64,000 nucleotides of DNA from a virus (taxonomy: Duplodnaviria; Caudoviricetes). Shown here piece after piece: positions 52,076-61,809 of the stretch. Under the pieces are notes generated by a model. It worked only from the letters and a program-made list of their open reading frames with translations, did not search any database and was not told where the DNA came from. Made by a program: the position numbers and the translations under genes. The first letter of the stretch is position 1; the number at the start of each line of letters is the position of its first letter. The stretch is from IMG/VR virus record IMGVR_UViG_3300033075_000861, positions 1-64,000 of that record. One strand, 5' to 3'.

Positions 52076-53729
52076 GTACATCGTGACCGTAGGCGGCGTT
52101 ATTTCCGGCTGCGGCAAGGGGGTGGCCTCGGCGTCAATCGGGCTTCTCCTTACGATGCGTGGCCTCAGGGTCAAGGCCATCAAGTGCGACCCCTACTTCA
52201 ATGTCAACGCGGGCGTCCTGGCCCCCCGAGAGCATGGGGAGGTCTACCTCTGCGAGGACGGCACCGAGGCTGACCTCGACCTCGGCACCTACGAGCGGAT
52301 CATCGGGACGCAGATGTCCGCTCAGAACATCTTCACGTCGGGGACGCTCTACAAGGAGTTGATCGCCGGCGAGGAGCAGGGCAAGTACCTGGGCCAGACG
52401 GTTCAGACCACGCCTCACGTCACCGACCTCATTCAGGAGCGTCTGGTGACCCTGGGCAGAGACGCCGACATCGTCTTGGTCGAGATCGGCGGCACGGTCG
52501 GGGACATCGAGAGTGTGCCCTTCCTCAGGGCGATCCGCCAGTTCAAGCAAAAGCACTGGGACGACGTGCTGATCAACCTCGTCGCCCCGGTTCTCTGGAT
52601 CAACATTATGAAGGAGTTCAAGACCAAGCCGTTGCAGATGGCGGTCGAGACTCTCAACAGCTACGGCCTCCAGGCGGACCTCCTGTTGTGCAGGCCGATC
52701 AACTCGCCCATCCCGCTTCCCCCTAAGATCCTCGACAAAATCGCCAACCTGACCAACATCCCCCGGACGGCCATGTTCGCCGCCCCGGACGTTCGCTCGG
52801 TCTGGGAGGTGCCCATCGAGTACTACAACCGGCACGTCGATGACCTGATCTGCGACCGGCTGCACCTGAAACGGAACGGGGTCAAGATCCACAAGTACCG
52901 CGAGCTTGTTGAGCGATACCTCGACGGCGAGCTTCCCGAGGCCACGGTCGCTGTCGTCGGCAAGTACGAGAATGAGGAGGCATACAAAAGCCTCAAGGAG
53001 GCGATCCTGCACGCGGGGGTCGCCAACAACTGCCGTGTGGAAATCAAGTGGGTTCAGGCCGAGGATCTGGAGAAGTCCAAGGACATGAGGGGCGTCTGGC
53101 CCCACTTCGATGACGTGGACGCGGTCATCGTCGCCGGGGGCTTCGACAAGCGGGGCACCGAAGGCAAGATCCGTGCGGTCAAGTACGCCCGCGACAAGAA
53201 AATCCCTTTCCTCGGCATCTGCCTGGGGCTTCAGTGTGCCGTGATAGAGGTCGCCCGCCTGGCCGGCCTGGAGAACGCCAACAGCCTGGAGTTCGACCCG
53301 GACACCAAGTACCCGGTCGTCCACCTCGTCAAGGGCCAGGAGGAGATCACTCAGAAAAGCGGCACCATGAGACTGGGGGCCTACGACTGCGAACTGAAGC
53401 CGGACTCCCTGGCGATGGAGTTGTACGGCAAAAACCTTATCTCGGAGAGGCACCGCCACCGCTACGAGGTGAACCCGGCCTTCGTGCCCCAACTGGAGTC
53501 CAAGGGCTTCCGCGTCACCGGCACGAATCCAGGCTCCGGTCTGGTTGAGATCATGGAAATGGATCGCTCGGTGCATCCCTACTTTATTGGGGTGCAGAGC
53601 CATCCAGAGTTCAAGTCTCGCCTGACGGCTCCGTCACCCCTCTTCGTCGGCCTCGTCCAGGCCGCGATGGAGAGGAGAATGGGTGAAGAGCCTAAGGAGA
53701 TGAATGAACTTCCGAGAGTACCTGCTTAA
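52062..53729 (+). CDS. pyrG: CTP synthase
   Basis: GGVISGCGKG, DPYFN, HGEVY, EIGGTVGDIE, GICLGLQ, RHRHRYE, QSHPEF. Confidence 0.97.
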   Translation: MSGSKYIVTVGGVISGCGKGVASASIGLLLTMRGLRVKAIKCDPYFNVNAGVLAPREHGEVYLCEDGTEADLDLGTYERIIGTQMSAQNIFTSGTLYKELIAGEEQGKYLGQTVQTTPHVTDLIQERLVTLGRDADIVLVEIGGTVGDIESVPFLRAIRQFKQKHWDDVLINLVAPVLWINIMKEFKTKPLQMAVETLNSYGLQADLLLCRPINSPIPLPPKILDKIANLTNIPRTAMFAAPDVRSVWEVPIEYYNRHVDDLICDRLHLKRNGVKIHKYRELVERYLDGELPEATVAVVGKYENEEAYKSLKEAILHAGVANNCRVEIKWVQAEDLEKSKDMRGVWPHFDDVDAVIVAGGFDKRGTEGKIRAVKYARDKKIPFLGICLGLQCAVIEVARLAGLENANSLEFDPDTKYPVVHLVKGQEEITQKSGTMRLGAYDCELKPDSLAMELYGKNLISERHRHRYEVNPAFVPQLESKGFRVTGTNPGSGLVEIMEMDRSVHPYFIGVQSHPEFKSRLTAPSPLFVGLVQAAMERRMGEEPKEMNELPRVPA

Positions 53730-54165
53730 CGAGTCAGAGGACTTCCTGGCTCAGAGGATCGGTGACATCCTCACCGCCGTTCAGGAACTTGCCGAGGGCG
53801 GCAAGCAGATCGGGGCCAGGCAGTTGGTCCGCAACACCGAGGTGGTGGTAGCCCAGATCCGCAAGATCCTACACAACAGTTGGCCGCGTGCCCACCAGAA
53901 GCACCTCAAGAGGCTCCAGAAGGTCGGCGTGGCCCTGATGAAGACCATCGATGAGAAGGGCGACCTTCCCGAGATGCTCATGGCGGCACAGGCTGAATTG
54001 CAGAAGGTCACGGAGAAGCTGGGCAAGCCTGTCCACCACCTCGGGACGCCCGAGGAAGACGAGGGCAAGAAGGAGCAGCCTGAGGACTCACCCCAGGCAC
54101 CCGGCCTTGAAGGTCAGGGCGTCAAGGCCGGTGCCAACGCTAACTCTCCGATCCAGGCTCAGTGA
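53704..54165 (+). CDS. helical protein with a capsid-targeting-like N-terminus
   Basis: MNFREYLLNE. Confidence 0.7.
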   Translation: MNFREYLLNESEDFLAQRIGDILTAVQELAEGGKQIGARQLVRNTEVVVAQIRKILHNSWPRAHQKHLKRLQKVGVALMKTIDEKGDLPEMLMAAQAELQKVTEKLGKPVHHLGTPEEDEGKKEQPEDSPQAPGLEGQGVKAGANANSPIQAQ

Positions 54166-54628
54166 TCACTTTCAAATCCTTCGCGTCCGTCTGGACGATG
54201 ATCTGGATCGGCCTCGACTGATGCAGGTCGCGGGCGACGGCCTGTAGTGCCTGTGCGTCCTGAATCATGATCTTCACCAACTCCTTCAGGTCACCCGCCA
54301 TCTGGTGTGTGACCTGTTCCTTGTTGATGGTGATCTCGACCAGTTCCTTGATCTCCTCCAGCAGACGCCGGTGGGCCTCCTCCTGGCTCCGTTCGGTACG
54401 CCGCTGGCTGATCATGATGAAGGGGGCCTGGATGGCTGCCAGGGTGCTGAGAACGAGGTTGAGGAGGATGAAGGGGAAGGGATCGAACTCAAGGAAGCTC
54501 AGATAGGCTAGGGTGTTGACCGCGACCCAGCCCGTCATGAAGACGGCGAAGAAAAGAATGAACCACCAAGAGCCGACGAAGTAAGCGACACGGTCGCTGA
54601 TCCAGAAGCCGAGGTTCCTAAGCCCCAT
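54140..54628 (-). CDS. DUF1003-family membrane protein
   Basis: FVGSWWF...FDPFPFILLNLVLSTLAAIQAPFIMISQ. Confidence 0.85.
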   Translation of the reverse strand: MGLRNLGFWISDRVAYFVGSWWFILFFAVFMTGWVAVNTLAYLSFLEFDPFPFILLNLVLSTLAAIQAPFIMISQRRTERSQEEAHRRLLEEIKELVEITINKEQVTHQMAGDLKELVKIMIQDAQALQAVARDLHQSRPIQIIVQTDAKDLKVITEPGSES

Positions 54629-54720
54629 CTGCCACCCCCTTTCTTTTGTATCCTAGGTGGTCTAGGTAGAGTCCTCGGCAGCCAACTTCCCCAAATAAGC
54701 TCAGAAGGAGTACCTATTAC

Positions 54721-55350
54721 ATGGCATCATTTTCCGACTTCCTGAGGGCACGCGAGCTATACCAGGGTGAGGTGGTCGAGTGGACCCCCAACCTGAAGAC
54801 AGACGACAACGTCATCGAGGCCCGCTTCACCGTCACCCTCCCCCACCCCGCCGAGCCTGAGATCGCCTTCGTGATGGGGTTCAACGAACACAACCGGGGC
54901 GGCACCGTTGTCTCCGACATCGCCCTGGCCCCCGATTGGAGGCGTACCGCCGAGTCCAACCGGGGCCTCGATATCGACCTGCTGCTGAGGAACCGCCTGG
55001 AGAACTACCGCAGCCTCAACCGCATGAACTGGGGCGTTCGCGTCAACCGCCCGCTCTTGGACCACGCCTTGCTCGCCCTGTCATCCTACGCCGACGAGAG
55101 GAAGCCCGGTGCCGTCCGCTTCATGGTCGAGGGCAGGATCGACGCCAGCCTCTTCCGCGTCCTCAGGGCCAAGTTCTCTCAGTCGTGCCAGGACTACGGC
55201 ATCAGGGAGGGGCTTCTGGTCCGACGCTCCGAGGCTGACAACAATCAACTATGCGAGTCGAGCGGGAACGCCGCCCCCTGGGCCACCTCCGAGAAGGCAC
55301 GCCTCAGGGACATCCTGTTCCTTGAACACGACCGCGTCTCATTTATCTGA
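54721..55350 (+). CDS. hypothetical protein with an N-terminal SFSDFLRARE motif
   Basis: 209 aa, AAGGAG upstream. Confidence 0.65.
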   Translation: MASFSDFLRARELYQGEVVEWTPNLKTDDNVIEARFTVTLPHPAEPEIAFVMGFNEHNRGGTVVSDIALAPDWRRTAESNRGLDIDLLLRNRLENYRSLNRMNWGVRVNRPLLDHALLALSSYADERKPGAVRFMVEGRIDASLFRVLRAKFSQSCQDYGIREGLLVRRSEADNNQLCESSGNAAPWATSEKARLRDILFLEHDRVSFI

Positions 55351-55361
55351 TCAGAGGGACA

Positions 55362-55895
55362 ATGGACGACCAAGACATTGACGACATCACCAACGGGGGC
55401 GACAAGCCGAAGAGGAAGAAATCCGGCCAAAAAGGCAAGCGGGTCGAACGCCAGCTTGTGAAGGTCATGGTCGAGCGGTTCGGGGAGGGCTTCAGCCGCT
55501 CCATCGGCTCGGGCAACCGCGTCTGGCAGGTGGACGCCCTGCCCAAGCATGCCCAGGACACCTTCACCGGCGACCTCGTCTGCCCCGAGGATTTCCAGTG
55601 GGTCTTTGAATGCAAGGGCGGTTATGATGACGTGGACCTGTGGCAGGCCATCACGGACGGCAACGCCACTCTTGACGCCTTCCTGAAGCAGGCCAAGCTG
55701 GAGGCCGGCAACTGCGGTCGCAAGCCGATGCTGTGCTGGAAGAGGACTAGAAAGCAGTGGATGGCTTTCGTTCTGCGGCCCCACTTGCCTATGATGGAGT
55801 TCAAGAACATCCTGCGGTACGGGGACTGGGCGGGGGTTCCCCTCGCTGACCTCCTCAAGGCACCGGACGATTACTGGCGAACCACCAAATCCTGA
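55362..55895 (+). CDS. Holliday junction resolvase-like (PD-(D/E)xK) nuclease
   Basis: KGKRVER...SIGSG...TGDLV...VFECKG. Confidence 0.75.
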   Translation: MDDQDIDDITNGGDKPKRKKSGQKGKRVERQLVKVMVERFGEGFSRSIGSGNRVWQVDALPKHAQDTFTGDLVCPEDFQWVFECKGGYDDVDLWQAITDGNATLDAFLKQAKLEAGNCGRKPMLCWKRTRKQWMAFVLRPHLPMMEFKNILRYGDWAGVPLADLLKAPDDYWRTTKS

Positions 55896-55903
55896 GGGCG
55901 ACC

Positions 55904-56569
55904 ATGCTCCCGAAGATGCTGCCTTTCACGCCCCACATGATCCACCGCCTGTTCCCGCACCTGGCCGGGACACGGTGGGGATACATCAACCTCAACCGCA
56001 TCGCCATGCAACTTCAGCCGCTACTGGCCCCCCTCATGAGCCAGCCGACCAACCCCTTCCTCGACCCAGGATACTGCGAGATGTGGAAGGGGTTCGTCCA
56101 CCAACTGATGGGGATCGACAACTCCTGGGGCGGCTACATGGAGGATCGTGCGGTCGTCTGGGCGGGTCACTACCACGACGAAGGGGCGACCATGCACGTC
56201 GGCGTAGACTTCTACGTCGCCGCCGGCTGCATCGTCCACATGCCGGTGGACGCGACCCTGGTCTACAGCACGGTGGACCCCGATCAGGAGGGCGGCTGGG
56301 GCGGCAGGATGGTGTTCCGCTACAAGGACGAACATTTTATCCTGGCCCACCTCAGGGACATGGACATGAGAGTTGGCAAGGAGTTCAAGCGGGGCGAGCC
56401 GGTCGCCGTGATCGCTGAGGACCACTGCAACGGCGGCTGGTCGCCCCACCTGCACTGGCAGCGGGTCAGGAGCCTGGACCTCGACCACGTCCTGAGCGTG
56501 GACGGCTACGTCCGGCCTTACGAGGGAATCAAGGAGGACTTCCCGAATCCTCTGGACTACCTTGACTGA
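55904..56569 (+). CDS. M23-family peptidase
   Basis: HVGVDF and PHLHWQ zinc motifs. Confidence 0.85.
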   Translation: MLPKMLPFTPHMIHRLFPHLAGTRWGYINLNRIAMQLQPLLAPLMSQPTNPFLDPGYCEMWKGFVHQLMGIDNSWGGYMEDRAVVWAGHYHDEGATMHVGVDFYVAAGCIVHMPVDATLVYSTVDPDQEGGWGGRMVFRYKDEHFILAHLRDMDMRVGKEFKRGEPVAVIAEDHCNGGWSPHLHWQRVRSLDLDHVLSVDGYVRPYEGIKEDFPNPLDYLD

Positions 56570-56759
56570 GGCTGTGCAGAAGGTCCACCAGGCTCATCAC
56601 CTCGGATGGGATGTGTTTGGCGACCTTGGCTGCGAAGAGGGCGACCTGGGCCTTGGACAGGCCCAGGAGATCCTCCGCTACCGAGTCGAGGGTTTCGGGC
56701 TGGGTGGCATCCCTCCACCGCCTCCAGAGCTTCTCCACCACCTCACAGTCCATCCTCAT
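56529..56759 (-). CDS. hypothetical protein
   Basis: ATG overlapping the upstream TGA. Confidence 0.5.
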   Translation of the reverse strand: MRMDCEVVEKLWRRWRDATQPETLDSVAEDLLGLSKAQVALFAAKVAKHIPSEVMSLVDLLHSLSQGSPEDSGSPP

Positions 56760-57580
56760 CGGAGATCCTCCCACTCCTTGAGGGCCACCCGGCTCACCTC
56801 GCGGACGACTACTTCCTTGTCGCATTCGTAGAGGCCGGCACAGGAGAAACAGCCGATCTCCAGCAGGTAGTAGTTGCCCATTCGCGTCCGGCAGATGTCG
56901 ATGCACCAGACCGGGTCAGGGTCGTAGCCCGAGGCCGCGACCCGCGAGGCCAGGCGGTGTGCCTCGGGACAGTAGCCGGCCTTCACGTCGGTCTTGTTGG
57001 CGGCACGGTACTGGCTGCCGGCGACGATCTTGCCTTCGACGGCCACAAACCGCCACTCGGCCTCGACGTTGCAGGGCGGTGCCACGACGCACAGTTCGTG
57101 AGGCTCGGCCCCGTAGAAGCCGAGATAATTCACATCCTTCTCCCAGTCCTCGTTGCAGACCACCTTGCCGGTGAACAGCTTGGAGCCGGTACTGGGGCGG
57201 ATGAAGACACAGCCCTGTTCGCCCACCTTGTCGATGATGAACTCCCTCAGGCGGATCAGGTCGCCGTAGGGGAGCATCATGTAGTTGGCGTTGAGCAGGT
57301 CGTACTTGGCGAGGGCCGGGTAGTACCTCTGGCACTCGTAGGCCGGCTTGTTGTAGTAGACGCCTGGCACCCAGGGGGCCTCCCGCTTCACCTGGGCGGC
57401 GAAATTGAGCGAGCCGTAGTAGATGACGCAGTCGTCCTTGTCGAACAGGTCGAGGTGGCTCGCGTTGTCCCCCAGGTAGGACGCGATCTTGGCCTCCATC
57501 CCCTGTCGCCGGATCTCCTCGACCAGCAGGCCGAGGTTCTCATGGAAGGCATCCGTCTCCAGAAACCACTTTGGCTTCAC
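56756..57580 (-). CDS. ATP-grasp domain protein (R2K/DUF4343-like)
   Basis: FIRPSTGSKLFTG, EWRFV, IDI...LLEIGCFSCAGLY. Confidence 0.8.
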   Translation of the reverse strand: MKPKWFLETDAFHENLGLLVEEIRRQGMEAKIASYLGDNASHLDLFDKDDCVIYYGSLNFAAQVKREAPWVPGVYYNKPAYECQRYYPALAKYDLLNANYMMLPYGDLIRLREFIIDKVGEQGCVFIRPSTGSKLFTGKVVCNEDWEKDVNYLGFYGAEPHELCVVAPPCNVEAEWRFVAVEGKIVAGSQYRAANKTDVKAGYCPEAHRLASRVAASGYDPDPVWCIDICRTRMGNYYLLEIGCFSCAGLYECDKEVVVREVSRVALKEWEDLR

Positions 57581-58065
57581 AGTTCATGCTCCAGTCTTGC
57601 CACGGCCCTCCAGAACGCGGCCATCGCGTCCTCGCGGGTCTTGTAGGTGCGGCTGTACTCGTCGCCCTTATAGTAACCGTCCAGCAGGTCGAAGGCGATG
57701 TCAGGCAGGAAGTGTTGTTCCAGATGATCCGTCTTGTTGCGGTAGAGGTACTTCCGCCCGTACCACAGCCAATGGGGGCTGACGCCCATCGTCCTGGCGG
57801 GCTGCTTGTCGCTCGTCCTGAGCGACCTGATGCACTCGATCCGGTGGGGATTGGTCGTCTTCTTGGGCACCTCCTCGGCCAGTCCCTCGGACAGGACCAG
57901 GGACCGCTCCACGTTCTGGAGGGTGCCGATGGCGGCAGCCGCGATCTGGTAGATAGCGAACTCCCTGGGGGTCATCTCGTCAACGCGGACAGGCATGTCC
58001 GGCAACTCGGCCAGACATGCCTGGATGGCGTCAAGTGCTTGCCGTGCAGGGCTGGGGGCAGGCAT
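57577..58065 (-). CDS. hypothetical protein
   Basis: 162 aa. Confidence 0.6.
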   Translation of the reverse strand: MPAPSPARQALDAIQACLAELPDMPVRVDEMTPREFAIYQIAAAAIGTLQNVERSLVLSEGLAEEVPKKTTNPHRIECIRSLRTSDKQPARTMGVSPHWLWYGRKYLYRNKTDHLEQHFLPDIAFDLLDGYYKGDEYSRTYKTREDAMAAFWRAVARLEHEL

Positions 58066-58471
58066 TGCCCGGCTCCTCCTTGCCAGGGGCCACCTTCCGC
58101 TTCTTGCTGCGGAACTTGGCCCGGTTCTCGGTCAGGAAGGCCCGCAGACGCTCCGCGTTCCCCTCCTGAAGGATCTCCTCCCACAACTCGGCGGGGAGCG
58201 TCACCGGGCGTCTGAGGCCGTCGAAGTAGACACTGCACCACCCCGACTCGGTCGCCACCTTGAACCGGGGCGGCTGGCGGTCCCCCTTGATGAGATTGTA
58301 CTCCTGAGGCTCCTCCGGGGGAGGGGCCGCAGCGGGTGCAGCCGGTGCAGGCTCGGGCGGCGGCGGGGGCGGCTCAGGAGGGGCCGGGGGCTGCCGGATC
58401 AACTCCATCGCCTGGGTGTGCGTCAGCCGCCCCTCCCTCACGGCTGCCAGGATCTCCTCGCGTGTTCGCAT
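58031..58471 (-). CDS. hypothetical protein with a Pro/Ala linker
   Basis: MRTREEIL...PPRFKV...SVYFDGLRRPVTL. Confidence 0.65.
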   Translation of the reverse strand: MRTREEILAAVREGRLTHTQAMELIRQPPAPPEPPPPPPEPAPAAPAAAPPPEEPQEYNLIKGDRQPPRFKVATESGWCSVYFDGLRRPVTLPAELWEEILQEGNAERLRAFLTENRAKFRSKKRKVAPGKEEPGNACPQPCTAST

Positions 58472-58895
58472 GTTGTGCCCTCAGGTCGGCGGGGTCTGTG
58501 CGGGCGGCACGGTGATGCCCCAGCGGGAGTCCGTGCCGCCCCACGTCCACCACGAAGTCGATGTTGTCCTTCACCCGGCACTGACCGATCTCGTCCAGCA
58601 GAAAGAAGTTGACGATGTTCCGGTGCGTCTCCTTCTCGTAGTACAGCATGGCACAGATGGTCGGCAGCCCCGGCTCCTTGGGGTCGCAGACGATCCACTC
58701 ACACTTGCCCTGGCCGGCCAGGGCAAGCTCCTTGGGGTGCCAGTACCGCCCGGTCAGGTCGTCGCGGTTGACCGCCCTCTCCAGTTGGTCCCAGGAGTAC
58801 AGGGCCAGCACCTTGTCCGTGGCCTTGACCACAATCGGCGGGGCCTTCGACGCCTTCTTCTTGGTCCGCCGGAACCCCTTCGGTTTCTTCGCCAT
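58374..58895 (-). CDS. hypothetical protein
   Basis: 173 aa. Confidence 0.55.
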   Translation of the reverse strand: MAKKPKGFRRTKKKASKAPPIVVKATDKVLALYSWDQLERAVNRDDLTGRYWHPKELALAGQGKCEWIVCDPKEPGLPTICAMLYYEKETHRNIVNFFLLDEIGQCRVKDNIDFVVDVGRHGLPLGHHRAARTDPADLRAQHANTRGDPGSREGGAADAHPGDGVDPAAPGPS

Positions 58896-59394
58896 CAGTA
58901 CCCCCGTCGCGGTGGTGCCCCAGTTTCAGCCCCTCCTTGAGGAGGGGCAGGGCACCGTAGGTGTTGCCGTTGCGGGCGATACACACCGCCCAGAAGAACC
59001 CCGGAGGGCGTGGCGTGTCGAGGCTCTTGGTCGCGGTGTCGGAGCAGACCGACATCAACTGCTTGGCGAACTCCAAGTCCACGACCAGGGTCATGAGGGG
59101 GACGCTGTCCTTGTCGGGCCAGTTGTCCGCCGACTCGACGGTGAAGGGTGCCTCGACGCCCTTTTCCTTCTGCCACCGCTCGACCTCGGCGGCGAGCGAC
59201 CTGCCGTGCCCGTCCGTGGGGTCCACGAAGATGACCACCGGGTCGGCGTAGGGCGACTTGCCCGCCAACTCAACAGCCCTCATGGCATTCTCCCTCAGGT
59301 AGTGCAGCCGCACCGCCTTGGCTTCGTCGCTGACGCCGCCGGGGAGCGTCGGGCGACGAAGCTCGATCCGGCGGCGGTTCCGCTTCTTGCTCAC
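58699..59394 (-). CDS. hypothetical protein
   Basis: GTG after AAGGAGG; long 3' overlap with the next gene. Confidence 0.55.
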   Translation of the reverse strand: MSKKRNRRRIELRRPTLPGGVSDEAKAVRLHYLRENAMRAVELAGKSPYADPVVIFVDPTDGHGRSLAAEVERWQKEKGVEAPFTVESADNWPDKDSVPLMTLVVDLEFAKQLMSVCSDTATKSLDTPRPPGFFWAVCIARNGNTYGALPLLKEGLKLGHHRDGGTDGEETEGVPADQEEGVEGPADCGQGHGQGAGPVLLGPTGEGGQPRRPDRAVLAPQGACPGRPGQV

Positions 59395-60551
59395 ACAGCC
59401 TCCTTCATCGGGGTGTCCTCGGGCGGGGGCATCTCGGGGATCGCCTCGTCGCCCTTCTGGACGTAGGTGGTGATGGTGCGGGTCTTCGCCTCGCCCACGT
59501 CCAGGCCGGCGTCCCGGTAGGCACGCCCGATGACGTACACCGGGGCGATCCGAATCCGCTTGTATTCCGGGTTGGCTCGCGGCCCGTAGGGCTGGTTCCG
59601 CCAGTGACCTTTCCGCCAGTGCGGCTCGGGGTTGAGGCCCTCGCCGTCGCCCGGCTCGCCCTTGACGCGGCGGTCCTCGACGTGATACCAGTCGATCTCC
59701 CGCTCAAACTGGATCTCGGCCATGAGGTTGGCTCGGGCCAACTCCAGCCGCTGCTCCTCGCGGGTCCGCTTGCTGCCGGTCATGTGCTTGGCCCGGCCCT
59801 TGAGCCGCTGGATCTCCTCCAGTTGCCGCCGGTCGGCGTGTTTGACGATCACCGGCGGGTCGTTCTTCTGAGGGTAGGCCATCAACAGGTTGAGGTTGAT
59901 CGCCAGCCGCTCAAAGTCCACCGCCGCATTGAAGTCGCCGTCGTCCTGGGCCTGGGAGCCGTCCATCTCGTAGTACAGATCCTGGGACAGCATCTGCTCA
60001 ATCGTCTCGGCTCCCGGCTTCTCGGCCAGGAGGCTGACGATGCGGTCGTTCAGGCTCCCGAACTGGCAGTTGACGACGATGGCCTTCACCTCAGGGTCGT
60101 ACCAGACGACGACGTACTTGGGGCATCGCTTCAGCCCCTGCCGCAACTTGTGGGCGATGTAGTCGTCGGGGAACTCCACGAACAGCGTCTCGTAGTCCTG
60201 ACAGTAGTCGGACCACGGCAGGTCTGGACTCGTCTGCTCCAGGCTCTGGCACTGGAGGTTCGTGGGGCGGAACACCTTTGGCCCGCCGCACGCCGCCCGG
60301 CTCAGGGCGTAGGTCATGAGCAGGTCTTTGTCGTTGGCATAGGGCGAGTACAGGAGCTTGCGGATCTCGCCCCAGAACTCCGGTGGCCGGGTCCGCCGCT
60401 GGTCGTTGGGGAGCTTGTCGATCACGTCCTTGTCGGTGGAGAGGCTGAAACGCTCGCCCACGCGGCGGCACTTGAGCCACTTGTGCCGACCCAGCCAGGC
60501 CAGCGGGCAGATCAGGTCGGACTTCACGAAGTTGGACAGAGTCAACGCCAT
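59391..60551 (-). CDS. conserved phage protein (HWRxGHWR motif)
   Basis: PHWRKGHWRNQPYGP...IAPVYV; GAGGAGG RBS. Confidence 0.75.
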   Translation of the reverse strand: MALTLSNFVKSDLICPLAWLGRHKWLKCRRVGERFSLSTDKDVIDKLPNDQRRTRPPEFWGEIRKLLYSPYANDKDLLMTYALSRAACGGPKVFRPTNLQCQSLEQTSPDLPWSDYCQDYETLFVEFPDDYIAHKLRQGLKRCPKYVVVWYDPEVKAIVVNCQFGSLNDRIVSLLAEKPGAETIEQMLSQDLYYEMDGSQAQDDGDFNAAVDFERLAINLNLLMAYPQKNDPPVIVKHADRRQLEEIQRLKGRAKHMTGSKRTREEQRLELARANLMAEIQFEREIDWYHVEDRRVKGEPGDGEGLNPEPHWRKGHWRNQPYGPRANPEYKRIRIAPVYVIGRAYRDAGLDVGEAKTRTITTYVQKGDEAIPEMPPPEDTPMKEAV

Positions 60552-60582
60552 ACCGCACCTCCTCGATTCAGGGTCACCGGCC

Positions 60583-60610
60583 AACTTAGGCCGACCCACA
60601 AACGTGTCAA
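60583..60610 (-). promoter_or_regulatory. early-type promoter
   Basis: TTGACA-N16-TAAGTT. Confidence 0.65.
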
Positions 60611-60644
60611 CCGGGCGGTCTGGGACCGCCCGGTCGGGGCAGGA

Positions 60645-61778
60645 TCACCTCTTCTTGGGGTTCGGCGGCACCTCCCACTCGGGGGCCTTCCACTGGAACA
60701 CGTCCTCGTCTTTGGCATGGACGTTGAAGTACTCGCGGCCCTCAAGGTGGGCCTGGATCGCCCCCAGGGTCTTCTTGTAGTACATGACGGGCGGCTCATG
60801 CTCCTTCTTGGCCCGCTGAATCCACTCCCACAGGCTCTTGACGGGATCGCCATCGCCCGTCCAGTTGAGGGTCGCCATGCGATCCGCGAACGGCTCGATG
60901 GTGTCCTTGCCCCAGTAGAGGTAGACTTTGGCGATGACCGCCTGCACGTCGGCCCGGTAGTTCCGCTCGGGCTTGCGGCTGGTGAGCTTGTCGGTCACCC
61001 ACTCCAGCACCTCGGCGTACTGGACGGCGAAGTCCGCGATCTCCGAGTCGCTCCACACCTTGCCCTTGTTCAGGCCGTTCATCATGGCCCGGCAGACGGC
61101 GGTGTGCTTGCTGGTCAGCTTGGAGTCGAAGACCAACTGCACCTGCTGGTTGGTGGACCGCCTTTTGCCGCTGTCGGTCACGAAGATGCTCTCGGGCGGC
61201 ACGTTCCATGTAACGTAGAACACCCAGCCCTTGTTCACCTTGATGCAGGCGTCGGCCCGGTGCTGGCCGTTCTGGAAGTTGCCCAGGGTGTTGATGTCCA
61301 GGCTCTCGCTGGTCTGGAGCCACCGCTCGCCGTCGATGTCCCTGGCGACCGCGTCCATGTGGGCACGGTCCTCGGGCCGGTTGATCGGCATGCGGAGCTT
61401 CAGTTCCTTCATCATCTCCGGGTCGCAGTAGACCAACTCGGAGTACTGGAGATCCTGCCGGGGGAAGTTGTACCAGTACATCCCCGGCTGGTTCGCCTCC
61501 AGGGCCTTGTACTGGTAGTAGTCCCGGTTCTCCAGGGCACGCCGCCACTCGCGGGGGTTGATGTGGGCCGGGCAGACCGGCCAGTGCTTGGGCCAGTCGG
61601 TCGGCTGCTCGTACTGGACCGGCATGGTGGCCGGAACCACCAGCGTCCCTTTCAGATCCGTCTCGCCGCCCGCCACCGTGGTCAGCACGCCCTTCTTCTC
61701 CAGCGTGCGAAAGACCAGGGACCGCATGCTGGGTCGGGCGGGTTTCGCCGGCGGGGCCGGCTGCGTCTGCGTCGTCAT
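60645..61778 (-). CDS. ParB/Srx-like (GQHR) domain protein
   Basis: PINRP...GERW...FQNGQHR...TDSGKRRS. Confidence 0.7.
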   Translation of the reverse strand: MTTQTQPAPPAKPARPSMRSLVFRTLEKKGVLTTVAGGETDLKGTLVVPATMPVQYEQPTDWPKHWPVCPAHINPREWRRALENRDYYQYKALEANQPGMYWYNFPRQDLQYSELVYCDPEMMKELKLRMPINRPEDRAHMDAVARDIDGERWLQTSESLDINTLGNFQNGQHRADACIKVNKGWVFYVTWNVPPESIFVTDSGKRRSTNQQVQLVFDSKLTSKHTAVCRAMMNGLNKGKVWSDSEIADFAVQYAEVLEWVTDKLTSRKPERNYRADVQAVIAKVYLYWGKDTIEPFADRMATLNWTGDGDPVKSLWEWIQRAKKEHEPPVMYYKKTLGAIQAHLEGREYFNVHAKDEDVFQWKAPEWEVPPNPKKR

Positions 61779-61809
61779 GGGCACCTCCGGGGAAAGTTAC
61801 ATTACCCCC

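Noticed and set aside
42788-53603. Long minus-strand ORFs (42788-44128, 45760-46884, 49119-50459, 50287-51531, 52134-53603)
   Set aside because: Antisense to gp47, gp46, nrdJ, pyrD and pyrG; no motifs
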